The notes: generated by a model from the sequence alone, not told the origin. A DNA stretch of 64,000 nucleotides from an uncultured Gemmatimonadales bacterium (GCA_963798845.1 CAWCUS010000004.1:451781-515780); one strand, 5' to 3'. Positions 9,073 to 19,396 are shown, numbered from the stretch's first letter. A program made the numbers and translations.

Positions 9073-11130
9073 ATGGCATCACGCCATGTGCACAGGTCGC
9101 GACCCGGCACGCCGCCGGGAATCCGGTGGAATCGCCCGTCGGTCGCTCCGCCGGCGGGACCCGGCGCCGTGTTTCCGTCAGTGCAGCGGTCGGTGCTTCG
9201 AGCGCGCGACAACGTCTTGCGCCAGCAGCGGTCCGACGGCCACTGGTGCGGGATCCTGGAGGGCGACAGCATCCTCGAGTCCGAGTACGTCCTGCTTCAG
9301 CACTTCCTGGGGCGGGGAGACGGGATGAAGGCGCGCAAGGCCACGCGCCGGCTGCGCTCGCTCCAGACCGCCGATGGCGGTTGGTCAATGTACCCGGGCG
9401 GGCCACCGGACGTGAGCGCGTCCATCAAGGCGTACTTCGTCCTCAAGCTCCAGGGCGACGACCCCGAAGCGGCGCACATGCGCCGGGCCCGACAGGTCAT
9501 CCGGGCGCTCGGCGGGCTGCCGGCCGCCAACACCTACACGCGCGTCTATCTCGCCCTGTTCGGGCAGTGGGAGTGGGAGCGCTGCCCCGCCATCCCGCCC
9601 GAGATGCTGCTCCTCCCCCGCTGGTTCCCATTCCACGTCGACCGGATGTCGTCGTGGAGCCGCGCGATATTCGTCCCGCTCTCCGTCCTCTGGGCGCTCC
9701 GGCCGCGGGTCGACATCGCGCCGGCCGCGGGGCTCGGCGAGCTGCGGCCGGCCGAAGAGCGCGCGATGCTCGAGCGGCTCGCCGCGCACCCGGACGACCC
9801 CGATGGCGATGACGCGGACGTGGACATCGACGCCGAGCTCGGCCTGGGCGCCCTCGCATGGGGCGCCTTCTTTCGCACTGCCGATGCCGGGCTGCGGCAC
9901 ATCGAGCGGGTGCGCGTGACCCCGCTGCGACGCCGCGCTCTCGAGGCGGCGGAAGCCTGGATCCTCGAGCGCATCGACAGCACCGACGGCCTGGGTGCCG
10001 TCTTCCCGTCCATCGCCAACGCGATCATGGCGCTGCGCTGTCTCGGCTACGAGCAGGACCACCCAGCGCTCGCGTCCCAGCAGCGCGCGATGGAGAAGCT
10101 GGAGGTGGACCATGGGGACACCCTCCAGATCCAGCCGTCGCTGTCACCGGTCTGGGATACCGCGCAGGCCATGGCCGCCCTCGCGGCTGCCGGCGTCCCG
10201 CCCGAACACCCCGCCCTCCTCCTGGCCAGCGAATGGCTCCTGGACCGCGAGGTCACCGCCGCGGGCGACTGGCGGTGCGGCAATCCGGACGGACCCGTCG
10301 GCGGCTGGTATTTCGAATACGCCAACGAGTTCTACCCGGACTGCGACGACACCGCCGAGGTCCTCGAGGCCCTCCGCCCCCTCGCCGAGTCCGGCGCCGG
10401 CGACACCGCGCGGATCGAGGCCGCGCGTGACCGCGGACTGGAATGGCTGCTGTCCATGCAGAACGAGGACGGCGGCTGGAGCGCGTTCGATCGGGGCTGC
10501 GATTTCCGTCCCCTGATCCATGTCCCCTTCGCCGACCACAACGCCATGCTGGATCCCAGCTCCGTGGACATCACGGGCCGGATCGTCGACATGCTGGTAT
10601 CCGATGGGATGGACCCGACGCATCCCGTCATCAGGCGGGCGGTCGGCTTCATCCGCGCGCGCCAGGACGAGGACGGCACGTGGTACGGGCGCTGGGGATG
10701 CAACCGCATCTACGGCAGCTGGCTTGCCCTCACCGGCCTCGCGGCCGCCGGTGAGGACACGGAAGGAGAACCGGTGGCGCGCTGCGTGCGCTGGCTGCGG
10801 GATCACCAGAACGAGGATGGCGGGTGGGGCGAGACACCTACCTCCTATTGGGATCGGAGCAGCCGGGGCGTGGGCCCCAGCACGGCCGCCCAGACCGCGT
10901 GGGCGCTGCTCGCGCTCCACGCCGCCGGAGACCCCGGCTCTCCGGCCGTGCGCGCCGGGATCGCCTACCTGCTGCGCACGCAGCGGGCGGACGGGTCCTG
11001 GCACGACGAGTCGTGGACGGCAACCGGGTTCCCGAAGGTCTTCTTCCTCCAGTATCACATGTACGACGACTACTTCCCCCTGCTGGCGCTCGCCCGGTGG
11101 GCATCTGCTGAACGCGAGGAGTACCGATGA
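9073..11130 (+). CDS. shc: Squalene-hopene cyclase
   Basis: YPDCDDTA catalytic motif; QW repeats (QRSDGHW, QTADGGW, QNEDGGW, QRADGSW); AAGGAGG RBS. Confidence 0.97.
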   Translation: MASRHVHRSRPGTPPGIRWNRPSVAPPAGPGAVFPSVQRSVLRARDNVLRQQRSDGHWCGILEGDSILESEYVLLQHFLGRGDGMKARKATRRLRSLQTADGGWSMYPGGPPDVSASIKAYFVLKLQGDDPEAAHMRRARQVIRALGGLPAANTYTRVYLALFGQWEWERCPAIPPEMLLLPRWFPFHVDRMSSWSRAIFVPLSVLWALRPRVDIAPAAGLGELRPAEERAMLERLAAHPDDPDGDDADVDIDAELGLGALAWGAFFRTADAGLRHIERVRVTPLRRRALEAAEAWILERIDSTDGLGAVFPSIANAIMALRCLGYEQDHPALASQQRAMEKLEVDHGDTLQIQPSLSPVWDTAQAMAALAAAGVPPEHPALLLASEWLLDREVTAAGDWRCGNPDGPVGGWYFEYANEFYPDCDDTAEVLEALRPLAESGAGDTARIEAARDRGLEWLLSMQNEDGGWSAFDRGCDFRPLIHVPFADHNAMLDPSSVDITGRIVDMLVSDGMDPTHPVIRRAVGFIRARQDEDGTWYGRWGCNRIYGSWLALTGLAAAGEDTEGEPVARCVRWLRDHQNEDGGWGETPTSYWDRSSRGVGPSTAAQTAWALLALHAAGDPGSPAVRAGIAYLLRTQRADGSWHDESWTATGFPKVFFLQYHMYDDYFPLLALARWASAEREEYR

Positions 11131-12131
11131 TGCGATTTCCGCCCCATATCGTCACCGACAACATCCGGCACCAGGTGTCGAACGCCATGAAGGGGAACAG
11201 GCGCTATCCGTCTGTCCTGATGCTGGAGCCGCTGTACACGTGCAACCTGGCGTGCGTCGGCTGCGCGCTGGAGCGGCACACGGGTAAGCTCTCGGATCGT
11301 GTGTCGGTGGAGCGCGCCCTCGGAGCCGTCGAGGACTCCGGCGCCCCTGCTGTGTCCATCTGCGGTGGCGAGCCCACGATCTACCCGGAGCTGCCGGAGC
11401 TGGTGCAGGGCATCATCGATCGCAAGCGGCACATCTACCTGTGCACGAACGCCCTCATGCTGGACCGCCGCGTGTTCGACGTCATCCCGCCGCACAAGCG
11501 TCTGAGCATCAACATCCACCTCGATGGGATGCGAGACACGCACGATTTCGTGACGGACCGTGCCGGGGTGTTCGACAAGGCAGTCGAGATGATCAGGGAG
11601 TCCAAGGCGCGCGGCTATCACACCCTCACGAACACCACGATCTACAAGCAGACGGACGTGGAGGAGGTGGAGGAGCTCTGTCAGCTGTGTGCCGGCCTCG
11701 GCGTCGACGGGATGATGATCGCGCCAGGCTACCACTACGAGTCCGTGGAGCGGGACGTGTTCATGGTGCGCCAGGAGATCGAGGACAAGTTCAAGCGCGT
11801 GCGCGAGTTCGCGGACCGCTACCCGATCACGTCCACGCCCATGTTCCTCGAGTTCGCCGCGGGGCTGCGCGAGCTCGACTGCTCCCCCTGGAGCACCGTG
11901 ACGTACACGCCGCGCGGGTGGAAGGGCCCCTGCTATCTCATCGGCGAGCGCTACTACGACGACTGGGAAGAGTTCTGGAACACCACCGACTGGCAGTACT
12001 GGGAATCCCGCCAGGATCATCGCTGCCAGAACTGCAAGATGCACTCGGGGTTCGAGGCATCCGCCGTGCGTGAGGTGGCGAAGAGCCCGCGACACATGGC
12101 GAAGATGGCGCTCTGGCAGATCTCGGCGTGA
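11127..12131 (+). CDS. hpnH: Adenosylhopane synthase, radical SAM protein HpnH
   Basis: VLMLEPLYTCNLACVGC (CxxxCxxC); C-terminal CQNCKMHSGFE; overlaps the shc stop. Confidence 0.93.
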   Translation: MMRFPPHIVTDNIRHQVSNAMKGNRRYPSVLMLEPLYTCNLACVGCALERHTGKLSDRVSVERALGAVEDSGAPAVSICGGEPTIYPELPELVQGIIDRKRHIYLCTNALMLDRRVFDVIPPHKRLSINIHLDGMRDTHDFVTDRAGVFDKAVEMIRESKARGYHTLTNTTIYKQTDVEEVEELCQLCAGLGVDGMMIAPGYHYESVERDVFMVRQEIEDKFKRVREFADRYPITSTPMFLEFAAGLRELDCSPWSTVTYTPRGWKGPCYLIGERYYDDWEEFWNTTDWQYWESRQDHRCQNCKMHSGFEASAVREVAKSPRHMAKMALWQISA

Positions 12132-12137
12132 CTTCCC

Positions 12138-13133
12138 GTGCCCCCCTCCGTCCTGGTCACCGGCGCGACGGGATTCATCGGGTCCCACGTGGTCCGGGCG
12201 CTGATCCGGCGGGGCGACGTCGTCCGCTGCCTCGTCCGGCCGGACAGCAGCCGCGTCGCCCTGGATGGACTGTCGGTGGACCTCGTCGAGGGGGACCTGA
12301 CGCGCCCGGCCACGCTGCGGCCGGCCGTGCGCGGCGTCCGGACGGTCTTCCACTGCGCCGCCGATTATCGCTTCGGCGCCCATCTCGCCGACACGATCTT
12401 CCGCACCAACGTGGAAGGGACGCGGGCGATTCTGGAGGCGGCTGCGGAGGCCGGAGTGGGGCGCGTGGTCCACACGAGCTCCGTGGGCGCGCTCGCCGGC
12501 GGGCGGACGCGGTCCACGCCCGCAGACGAGATGTCGCTCCCGGACGTGGACGAGCTCGTGGGCGCCTACAAGCGAAGCAAGTACGAGGCGGAGCGCGTGG
12601 CCGAGGAATGGCACCGGCGCGGCCTGCCGGTCGTGATCGTGTCCCCGTCCACGCCCATCGGCGAGTGGGATGCCAAGCCGACGCCCACCGGCCAGATGAT
12701 CGTGGACGTCCTGAACGGCAGGATCCCGGCGTACGTGGAGGGCGGGCTCAACATCGTGGACGTGCGCGACGTGGCCGAGGGACACCTTCTCGCCGAGTCC
12801 CGCGGTCAGCCCGGCGAGCGCTACATCCTCGGAGGTCGCAACGTCACCTTCCGGGAGTTGTTCGAGATGATCGCCCGCGCGGCGGGGCTCGCGCCCCCAC
12901 GACTGCGTGTCCCGCGCTGGCTCCCGCTCGTTGCCGCGCACGCCGAGAGCGCGCTGGCGCGCGTCCGCGGCCGAGCCCCGCGGCTCACGCCGGAAGCCGT
13001 GCGCATGTCGGCACTGCCCATGTACTTCGACCCCGGACGCGCGATCCGGGAGCTGGGCCTTCCACAGCGCCCGGTGGAGGACGCCATCGCCCGCGCGGTG
13101 CGCTGGTTCCGGGACCGGGGGTACGCGCCTTGA
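12138..13133 (+). CDS. hpnA: Hopanoid-associated NAD-dependent epimerase/dehydratase HpnA
   Basis: VTGATGFIG, FHCAADYR, YKRSK and DAKPTPTG motifs; hpn gene context. Confidence 0.88.
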   Translation: MPPSVLVTGATGFIGSHVVRALIRRGDVVRCLVRPDSSRVALDGLSVDLVEGDLTRPATLRPAVRGVRTVFHCAADYRFGAHLADTIFRTNVEGTRAILEAAAEAGVGRVVHTSSVGALAGGRTRSTPADEMSLPDVDELVGAYKRSKYEAERVAEEWHRRGLPVVIVSPSTPIGEWDAKPTPTGQMIVDVLNGRIPAYVEGGLNIVDVRDVAEGHLLAESRGQPGERYILGGRNVTFRELFEMIARAAGLAPPRLRVPRWLPLVAAHAESALARVRGRAPRLTPEAVRMSALPMYFDPGRAIRELGLPQRPVEDAIARAVRWFRDRGYAP

Positions 13134-13864
13134 CCAGCGCTGCCGTCCTCGTCGTGACCGCGCTGCCGGAAGAGACGCGGCCGGTGCGCCGGGCCCTTCG
13201 AGGCCGACGCGACGTCGTCGTCGCCACCACCGGCGATGGCGCCGAGCGCGCCCGCGCGGCCACGCGCGACCTCCTCGCCGAGCACCGCCCCCGGCTGCTG
13301 GTCGTGGCCGGGCTCGCCGGCTCCCTCACCTCTGGCGCCGCCCCGGGGGACGTGCGCCTGGCACGAGAGGTCCGCGACGAAGTCGGGCGCGTGCGTCACC
13401 CGGATGCGCTCCTGCTGGAGCGCGCTCGCGAGGCCGGCGTGGCGGAGGACGTGCTGGTCAGCGCCAGGAGCCTTGCGCGCACGCCCGAAGAGAGGGACCG
13501 TACGCGGCGACTCGCGCGCGTCCTCGTGCCCGGAACGGGCCTGGTCGACCTGGAGACGGCGGCGTGTGTGGACACGGCGGTGGAGGCCGGTGTAGCATGG
13601 CTCGCCGTGCGCGCCGTGAGCGACGGCCCGGACGACCTCCTCCCCGCTTGGCTGGAGGAAGCCCGTGATGCGCGGGGGTCGATCTCCCGCGGCGCCATCA
13701 TCGGCGGCGCCGTGTTGCGCCCGGGGCGGATCCCCGCGCTCATCGCCCTCGGCCGCCGCGCCCGGCGCGCGGGCCGTGCGCTCGGGGACGCCGTGGCTTC
13801 CATCGTGATGGCGGCCGTCCCCGCCGTGGAGTCTGGGCAACGAAGGATCGGAAACAGAGCATGA
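13130..13864 (+). CDS. hpnG: Nucleoside phosphorylase-fold protein, HpnG-like (adenosylhopane nucleosidase)
   Basis: VTALPEE, VAGLAGSL, VDLETAA and AVRAVSD motifs; TTG start overlaps the hpnA stop. Confidence 0.75.
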   Translation: MTSAAVLVVTALPEETRPVRRALRGRRDVVVATTGDGAERARAATRDLLAEHRPRLLVVAGLAGSLTSGAAPGDVRLAREVRDEVGRVRHPDALLLERAREAGVAEDVLVSARSLARTPEERDRTRRLARVLVPGTGLVDLETAACVDTAVEAGVAWLAVRAVSDGPDDLLPAWLEEARDARGSISRGAIIGGAVLRPGRIPALIALGRRARRAGRALGDAVASIVMAAVPAVESGQRRIGNRA

Positions 13865-14898
13865 GCACCGTGGAGAACGAATTCCAGGCCGCGACCTCGC
13901 AGCGGAAGGCGGAGCATATCCGGCTTGCCATGGACGCGCGCAACCAGCTCGAGGCCCACTATTTCGACCAGTGGCGCCTGGAGCACGATGCGTTGCCGGA
14001 GCTGGCGCTGGAGGAGATCGACACCCGCGTCTCGTTCCTGGGCCGGTCGATGAAGGCGCCGCTCGTGATCTCGTGCATGACGGGCGGCACCGCGGAGGCC
14101 GGGACCATCAACCGGAACCTGGCGGCGGCGGCCCGGGCGAGCGGGGTTGCGCTCGGCGTGGGGTCGCAGCGCGCGGCGGTGGAGGACCCGTCGCTCGCCT
14201 GGACGTTCCAGGTGCGCGACGTGGCGCCCGACGTTCCGCTTCTGGCGAACCTGGGCGCCGTTCAGCTCAACCACGGCTTCGGTCTGGACGAGTGCCGCGC
14301 GGCGGTGGACATGATCGGCGCGGATGCCCTCGTGCTCCACCTCAACGTGCTCCAGGAAGCGATCCAGCCGGAGGGAGACACGGACTTCCGGGGCCTGATC
14401 GAGCGGATCGGCGCCGTGGCCGATGGCCTGGACGTCCCGGTCATCGTGAAGGAGATCGGCTGTGGCATCTCCGGCGCCGTGGCCACTCGCCTCCAGCGCG
14501 TCGGCGTCCGCATGGTCGACGTGGCAGGCGTCGGGGGGACCAGCTGGGCGCGCATCGAGAGCCGTCGCGCCCCGGACGCCGAGCTTGGCGAGCGCTTCGC
14601 CGGGTGGGGGATTCCCACGCCGGAAGCGATCCTCCAGGTCGCAGCGATCGAGGGTTTGACGGTCATCGGCAGCGGCGGGATCCGGACCGGGATCGACGTG
14701 GCCAAGGCCGTGGCGCTCGGCGCGACGCTGGCCGGGCTGGCCCAGCCGTTCCTCGCCCCGGCGAGGGAGTCGGCGGCAGCCGTGGAGGATCGCGTCGGCC
14801 GCATAGTACGGGAGTTGCGCGTGGCCATGCTTTGCAGCGGCGCTGGAGATCTGGGCGCGCTGAGCCGAATCGCCATCCGGAAGGAAGTGCAGCCATGA
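13861..14898 (+). CDS. fni: Type 2 (FMN-dependent) isopentenyl-diphosphate delta-isomerase
   Basis: RKAEHI, SCMTGG, GVGSQR, HLNVLQEAIQPEGD, VKEIGCG and GGTSW motifs. Confidence 0.95.
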   Translation: MSTVENEFQAATSQRKAEHIRLAMDARNQLEAHYFDQWRLEHDALPELALEEIDTRVSFLGRSMKAPLVISCMTGGTAEAGTINRNLAAAARASGVALGVGSQRAAVEDPSLAWTFQVRDVAPDVPLLANLGAVQLNHGFGLDECRAAVDMIGADALVLHLNVLQEAIQPEGDTDFRGLIERIGAVADGLDVPVIVKEIGCGISGAVATRLQRVGVRMVDVAGVGGTSWARIESRRAPDAELGERFAGWGIPTPEAILQVAAIEGLTVIGSGGIRTGIDVAKAVALGATLAGLAQPFLAPARESAAAVEDRVGRIVRELRVAMLCSGAGDLGALSRIAIRKEVQP

Positions 14899-16256
14899 AG
14901 AGAAGCACCGTGACCACCACCTCGCCCCAGGTGCACCTGCGGAACGGCAACGGGAACGGCCACCATAACGGCAACGGCCATCATCCCGCCGGCCAGCAGA
15001 TCGCGGACGACGCGCTCGTGCACGACATGGCCACGGGGAAGCGGGCCCTGCACCGGATTCCGGACAGCATCGACGCCGGTCGGGCCGCGGAGCTTCGGCG
15101 CCGCGCCCTGGCGCGGATCACCGGTGTGGAGCTGGCACACACCGGCCACTACAGCCTCGATGCCGAGCGTGCGGCGCGCTACAACTGCGAGAACTTCGTG
15201 GGTGTTGCGCAGGTCCCCGTGGGCGTGGTCGGGCCGCTTCCCGTGCGAGGCCGCAGCGAGCCGCTGTTCGTCCCGCTCGCCACCACCGAGGGCGCGCTCC
15301 TCGCCAGCACCAACCGCGGGTGCGCCGCCATCAGCGCCGCTGGCGGCGCCACCGTGGACGTGGAGGACGTCGGAATGACCCGCGCACCGGTGTTCCGGAC
15401 CACGGGCATCGAGCACACCCGCAGGGTGGAGGCGTGGGTGGCGTCTCACCTGGAGGAAATGCGGGCCGTGGCCGCGCGAGACAGCCGCTTCATCCAGCTG
15501 CTGGACGTCCGCTCCCAGGCCGTCGGCACCTCGCTCTACCTGCGCTTCCGGTTCTCCACTGCGGACGCCATGGGCATGAACATGGCCACGATCGCCACCG
15601 ACCGGATCGTAACCGAGCTCATCGAGCCGGCCACCGGCGCCGACTGCGTTTCCCTGTCCGGCAACTACGGCGTGGACAAGAAGCCGTCCGCCATCAACGC
15701 GCGGGAGGGGAGGGGAAAGCGGATCTTCGCCGAGGTCGTGCTCAGCGGAGAGATCCTCGAGCGCTACCTGAAGACCAGTGCCGCCCCGCTGGTCGAGGTC
15801 CAGTACAGGAAGAACCTCCTCGGCTCGGCCGTGGCGGGGTCGCTCGGCTTCAATGCCCACTACGCCAATCTCGCGGCCGCGCTCTTCATCGCCACCGGGC
15901 AGGACCCGGCGCAGGTCGCCGAGGCGGCGCTGGGCACCACGTGCATCGAGCGCCGCGGCGAGGACGGCGTCTACTTCTCCATCTGCATGCCCAATGCGCC
16001 CGTGGGCGTCGTGGGGGGCGGCACCGGCCTGGCCACGCAGCGGGAGGCGCTCGCCCTCATGGGCGCGCTCCCGGACCCCGACAACCCGGGACAGGGAGCG
16101 ATCCGCCTGGCAGAGGCGCTGGGCGCCACCGTCCTCGCGGGCGAGCTCTCCCTTCTGGCCGCCCTCACCTCTCGCGACCTGGCACGCGCCCACGAGAGGC
16201 TGGGCCGGGCCGGCACCGCCGCCGAGGTCGCCGAGGTCGTCGAGGCGAGGGAATGA
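14895..16256 (+). CDS. hmgA: Class I (NADPH) HMG-CoA reductase
   Basis: ENFVG, PLATTEGAL, DAMGMNM, SGNYGVDKKPSAIN, GQDPAQ and VGGGT motifs. Confidence 0.95.
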   Translation: MKRSTVTTTSPQVHLRNGNGNGHHNGNGHHPAGQQIADDALVHDMATGKRALHRIPDSIDAGRAAELRRRALARITGVELAHTGHYSLDAERAARYNCENFVGVAQVPVGVVGPLPVRGRSEPLFVPLATTEGALLASTNRGCAAISAAGGATVDVEDVGMTRAPVFRTTGIEHTRRVEAWVASHLEEMRAVAARDSRFIQLLDVRSQAVGTSLYLRFRFSTADAMGMNMATIATDRIVTELIEPATGADCVSLSGNYGVDKKPSAINAREGRGKRIFAEVVLSGEILERYLKTSAAPLVEVQYRKNLLGSAVAGSLGFNAHYANLAAALFIATGQDPAQVAEAALGTTCIERRGEDGVYFSICMPNAPVGVVGGGTGLATQREALALMGALPDPDNPGQGAIRLAEALGATVLAGELSLLAALTSRDLARAHERLGRAGTAAEVAEVVEARE

Positions 16257-17393
16257 ACCGTCCGGCCACCGTCCCGGCCACCGGCCGCGCTCCCGCCGCA
16301 CCTCCCCCTGACGGGGTGGCGCGTCCGGAGCGGGCCTCTGCCCCGGGGAAGCTCATCCTCATGGGCGAGCATTCGGTGGTCTACGGCCAACCCGCCGTGG
16401 CCGCGGCCGTGCAGCGGCGATATGCGCGTGACAGTGTCGCCGCGAACGCCGTCGGCAGAGCCCGGCGTCGCCCTGAAGCTGGGCCGCCATGCTCCCGTGT
16501 TCGTGCCGTGGAGCGAGGCCGTACGGGAGGTCGAGGCGGCCGTTGCGGCGGCAGGACGTGGCCGGGGCGACGGCGCGGCTCTCGCCGTGACGGCGCTGGG
16601 GGAGGCCGCGCGCCGCATCGGAGGCCAGCCGCCTTCCTTCGACGTCACGGTGGACAGCGACATCCCCGCCGGCCACGGCATGGGCAGCTCTGCCGCGCTC
16701 GCCCTGGCGATCCTCGACGCGGTCTGCCGTGCGGCTGGCCGTGGGCTCGATCGCGAAGCGCTCGAGGCAGCGGCTCACGTCGTCGAGCGCCGGCAGCACG
16801 GCGCCCCTTCCGGCGTCGACGTCGCCACGGTCCTGAGAGGCGGCGTCATATGCGCGTCCGCGCACGAACCGACCGGCCAAGCCGGGCGCGCGGACGCCCC
16901 CCGCCTCCGGTTCCACGCCCTCGATGCCAGCTCCGCATCGCTGTCGCGCCTGCGCGTGTTCGACTCGGGGTGTCCGGCGAACGGGACGGGCGAGGTCGTG
17001 AGGGCGGTGCGGCGTCGCCTGGACGCGGATCCCGGCCTCGAAAGCGAGCTGGAGCGGATGGGCCGGCTGGCGGCCGGCTTCGCGGATCTCCTCGTCGCCG
17101 GTGACGACCCGGCGGCCGAGGCGAAGGCGATCCGGGAGTTCCAGGCGGCCCTGGAATCGCTCGGCGTGGTCCCGCCGTCCGCGGCGCGCCTGATCCGCCG
17201 CATCGAAGCGGAAGGCGGGGCGGCCAAGGTCTCCGGCGCGGGCGGCCTGTGCGATGGCGAGGATGGGAGGCCGGGCGCGGGCATGATCCTGGTCCACCAC
17301 GAGGACCCGGAGCGCGTGCTCCGCTGGCCGTTCCTCGGCGGGCTCGAGCCCGTCGACGCCCTCGTCGGCGGCCCCGGGCTGGAGGCGTGGTGA
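16253..17393 (+). CDS. mvk: Mevalonate kinase, split by an apparent +1 frameshift near 16415-16422
   Basis: SAPGKLILMGEHSVVYG in the frame from 16253; SDIPAGHGMGSSAA, HGAPSGVD and AAKVSGAGG in the frame 16422-17393. Confidence 0.88.
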
Positions 17394-18412
17394 GCGTCGT
17401 GCGCGCGGGCTCCGCCCTGGAGGTGTCGACGTGGATGGCTCCCGCCAACATTGCGCTCGTCAAGTACTGGGGCTCGCGTGATCCCAATGCAGGGCTGCCG
17501 GTGAACGCCTCCGTCTCCATGACTCTGGATCGGTGCGTCGCCACGTGCACGGTGCGTCCGCGCCGGGGCGGCGGGGTCCGCGTCATGCGCGACGATGGAC
17601 ACCGGCTGGCGCCCGCGCCCCCGCCGCTCCGCGACCCGGTGGCCGCGCACGTCCAGCGCGTCGCGCGGCGGGCCCAGTGGGATGGCGGGGCCAATGTGGC
17701 CGTGCACGTGAACTTCCCGGTGGCGGCGGGGCTGGCCTCCTCGGCGGCGATCTTCGCGGCCGTCACCTGCGCGGCGGCCTCGGCCTTCGGCCTGGAGCTT
17801 TCCGCGGGCGACCTGGCGAACCTCGCCCGCGCCGGCGGCTCCGGCTCCGCGGCACGGTCGGTCACCGGCGGTTACGTCGAGTGGCGGCCGGGCGCCGACG
17901 GAAGCGGCACCGAGCTGCAGATCGTCGCGCCGGCCTCGCACTGGAGCCTGGCCGACGTCATCGCCATCGCCGATCCGACGCCGAAGCGCGTGTCATCGCG
18001 CGAAGGCCACCGCCGCGCATTCACCAGCCCCTATTTCGAGCGGCGCCTCGCGCTTCTGGACGCCCGCGTCGCGCGGGTTCGGGAGGCGATCGCGGCGCGC
18101 GACCTCGCCGCCCTGGGCGAGGTCGTGGAGGAGGAGGCCACGGACCTGCACCTGATCGCCATGTCGTCCAGGCCGCCGATCCGCTACTGGCGCCCGGCCA
18201 CGGTGGCGATCCTGGAGACGGTGGAGGCTCTCCGACAGGACGGGCGGGCCGCGTGGAGCACCCTCGATGCCGGTCCGAACGTCCACGTGATATGCGATCC
18301 GGACGTGGAGGAGGACGTGGCGGCGCGTCTCGCTGCCGTCCCCGGCGTTCAGCGCGTGATCCGGGACCGCACCGGCCGTGGTCCGGCCGTGTCGCCGGAG
18401 CACCTGTTGTGA
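17390..18412 (+). CDS. mvaD: Diphosphomevalonate-decarboxylase-family enzyme, probably mevalonate-5-phosphate decarboxylase
   Basis: APANIALVKYWG, AAGLASSAA, SGSAARS and TLDAGPNVH motifs; adjacent to IPK with no PMK in the operon. Confidence 0.9.
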   Translation: MSVVRAGSALEVSTWMAPANIALVKYWGSRDPNAGLPVNASVSMTLDRCVATCTVRPRRGGGVRVMRDDGHRLAPAPPPLRDPVAAHVQRVARRAQWDGGANVAVHVNFPVAAGLASSAAIFAAVTCAAASAFGLELSAGDLANLARAGGSGSAARSVTGGYVEWRPGADGSGTELQIVAPASHWSLADVIAIADPTPKRVSSREGHRRAFTSPYFERRLALLDARVARVREAIAARDLAALGEVVEEEATDLHLIAMSSRPPIRYWRPATVAILETVEALRQDGRAAWSTLDAGPNVHVICDPDVEEDVAARLAAVPGVQRVIRDRTGRGPAVSPEHLL

Positions 18413-18423
18413 CGGAGGCGGGA

Positions 18424-19368
18424 ATGCCTGGAACGGTCACGCTCGTCAAGCTCGGTGGCAGCCTGATCACCGACAAGAACGCGCCGGGGACGGCGCGCCC
18501 GGAACTGATCCGCCAGCTGGCGGAGCAGCTGGCGAGGGCGCACCGGTGCGGGCATCGCCTGGTGGTCGGGCACGGCAGCGGCTCCTTCGGTCACCCTGAA
18601 GCCAGGCGGGCAGGGCTGACGGGCTCCGGCGCTGACGCACCACGAGTGGCCGTCCCGGCGGGTACGGGCGCCGCAGCGCCCGTCGACGCCGCTCCTCGAG
18701 CCGGCCGGGACGCCGGAAGGCTCCGCACCGCGCAGGCGGTACCGGTCCGCGCGGCCGGTGCCCGGGGAGAGCAGGGTGATGAGGCGCCATTCCCGCCGGC
18801 CGTCGCCCGGGTCCAGGCCAGGGCTGCCGAGCTGCACCGGCTGGTCCTCGACGCGCTCCTCGCCGCCGGCGCCGCTCCCTTCTCCGTCCCCCCGTCCGCC
18901 GTGGCGGTGGCGCGGGACGGCCGGATCGAGCATTTCCACGCCGAGACGGTCCGCCTGGCGCTGGGCCGGGACTTCATCCCGGTGCTCTACGGCGACGTGG
19001 TCCTGGACCGTGTCCGGGGCGCCTCCATCTGTTCGACCGAGAGCGCGCTCGGCGCCGTGGCGGACTCGCTCCGCGCAGTCGGCTGGCGCATCGATCGCTG
19101 CCTCTGGCTTGGCGCCACACCCGGGGTGATCGGCCCGGACGGCCGCCCATTGGAGCGGATTTCCGTCGATCAGGGACAGGTGCTCCGTTCGGCCGCCGGT
19201 GGAGCAGAAGCCCCCGACGTCACCGGCGGCATGCGCCACCGCGTGGACGCCGCCCTCGCCTTCGCCCGGGCCGGCATCCCCTCGTGGATCGGTGATGGCA
19301 GCTCGCCCGACGTCCTCGAGCGGCTCCTCGCCGACGCCGAAGTCCCCGGTACCCTCGTCGCGCCATGA
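18424..19368 (+). CDS. ipk: Isopentenyl phosphate kinase (amino-acid kinase family)
   Basis: VKLGGSLITDK, HGSGSFGH (IPK His), IPVLYGDVV and DVTGGM motifs; alternative GTG start at 18409. Confidence 0.9.
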   Translation: MPGTVTLVKLGGSLITDKNAPGTARPELIRQLAEQLARAHRCGHRLVVGHGSGSFGHPEARRAGLTGSGADAPRVAVPAGTGAAAPVDAAPRAGRDAGRLRTAQAVPVRAAGARGEQGDEAPFPPAVARVQARAAELHRLVLDALLAAGAAPFSVPPSAVAVARDGRIEHFHAETVRLALGRDFIPVLYGDVVLDRVRGASICSTESALGAVADSLRAVGWRIDRCLWLGATPGVIGPDGRPLERISVDQGQVLRSAAGGAEAPDVTGGMRHRVDAALAFARAGIPSWIGDGSSPDVLERLLADAEVPGTLVAP

Positions 19369-19396
19369 CCCGATCCCGCGCTCCCGGAGAGCCACG

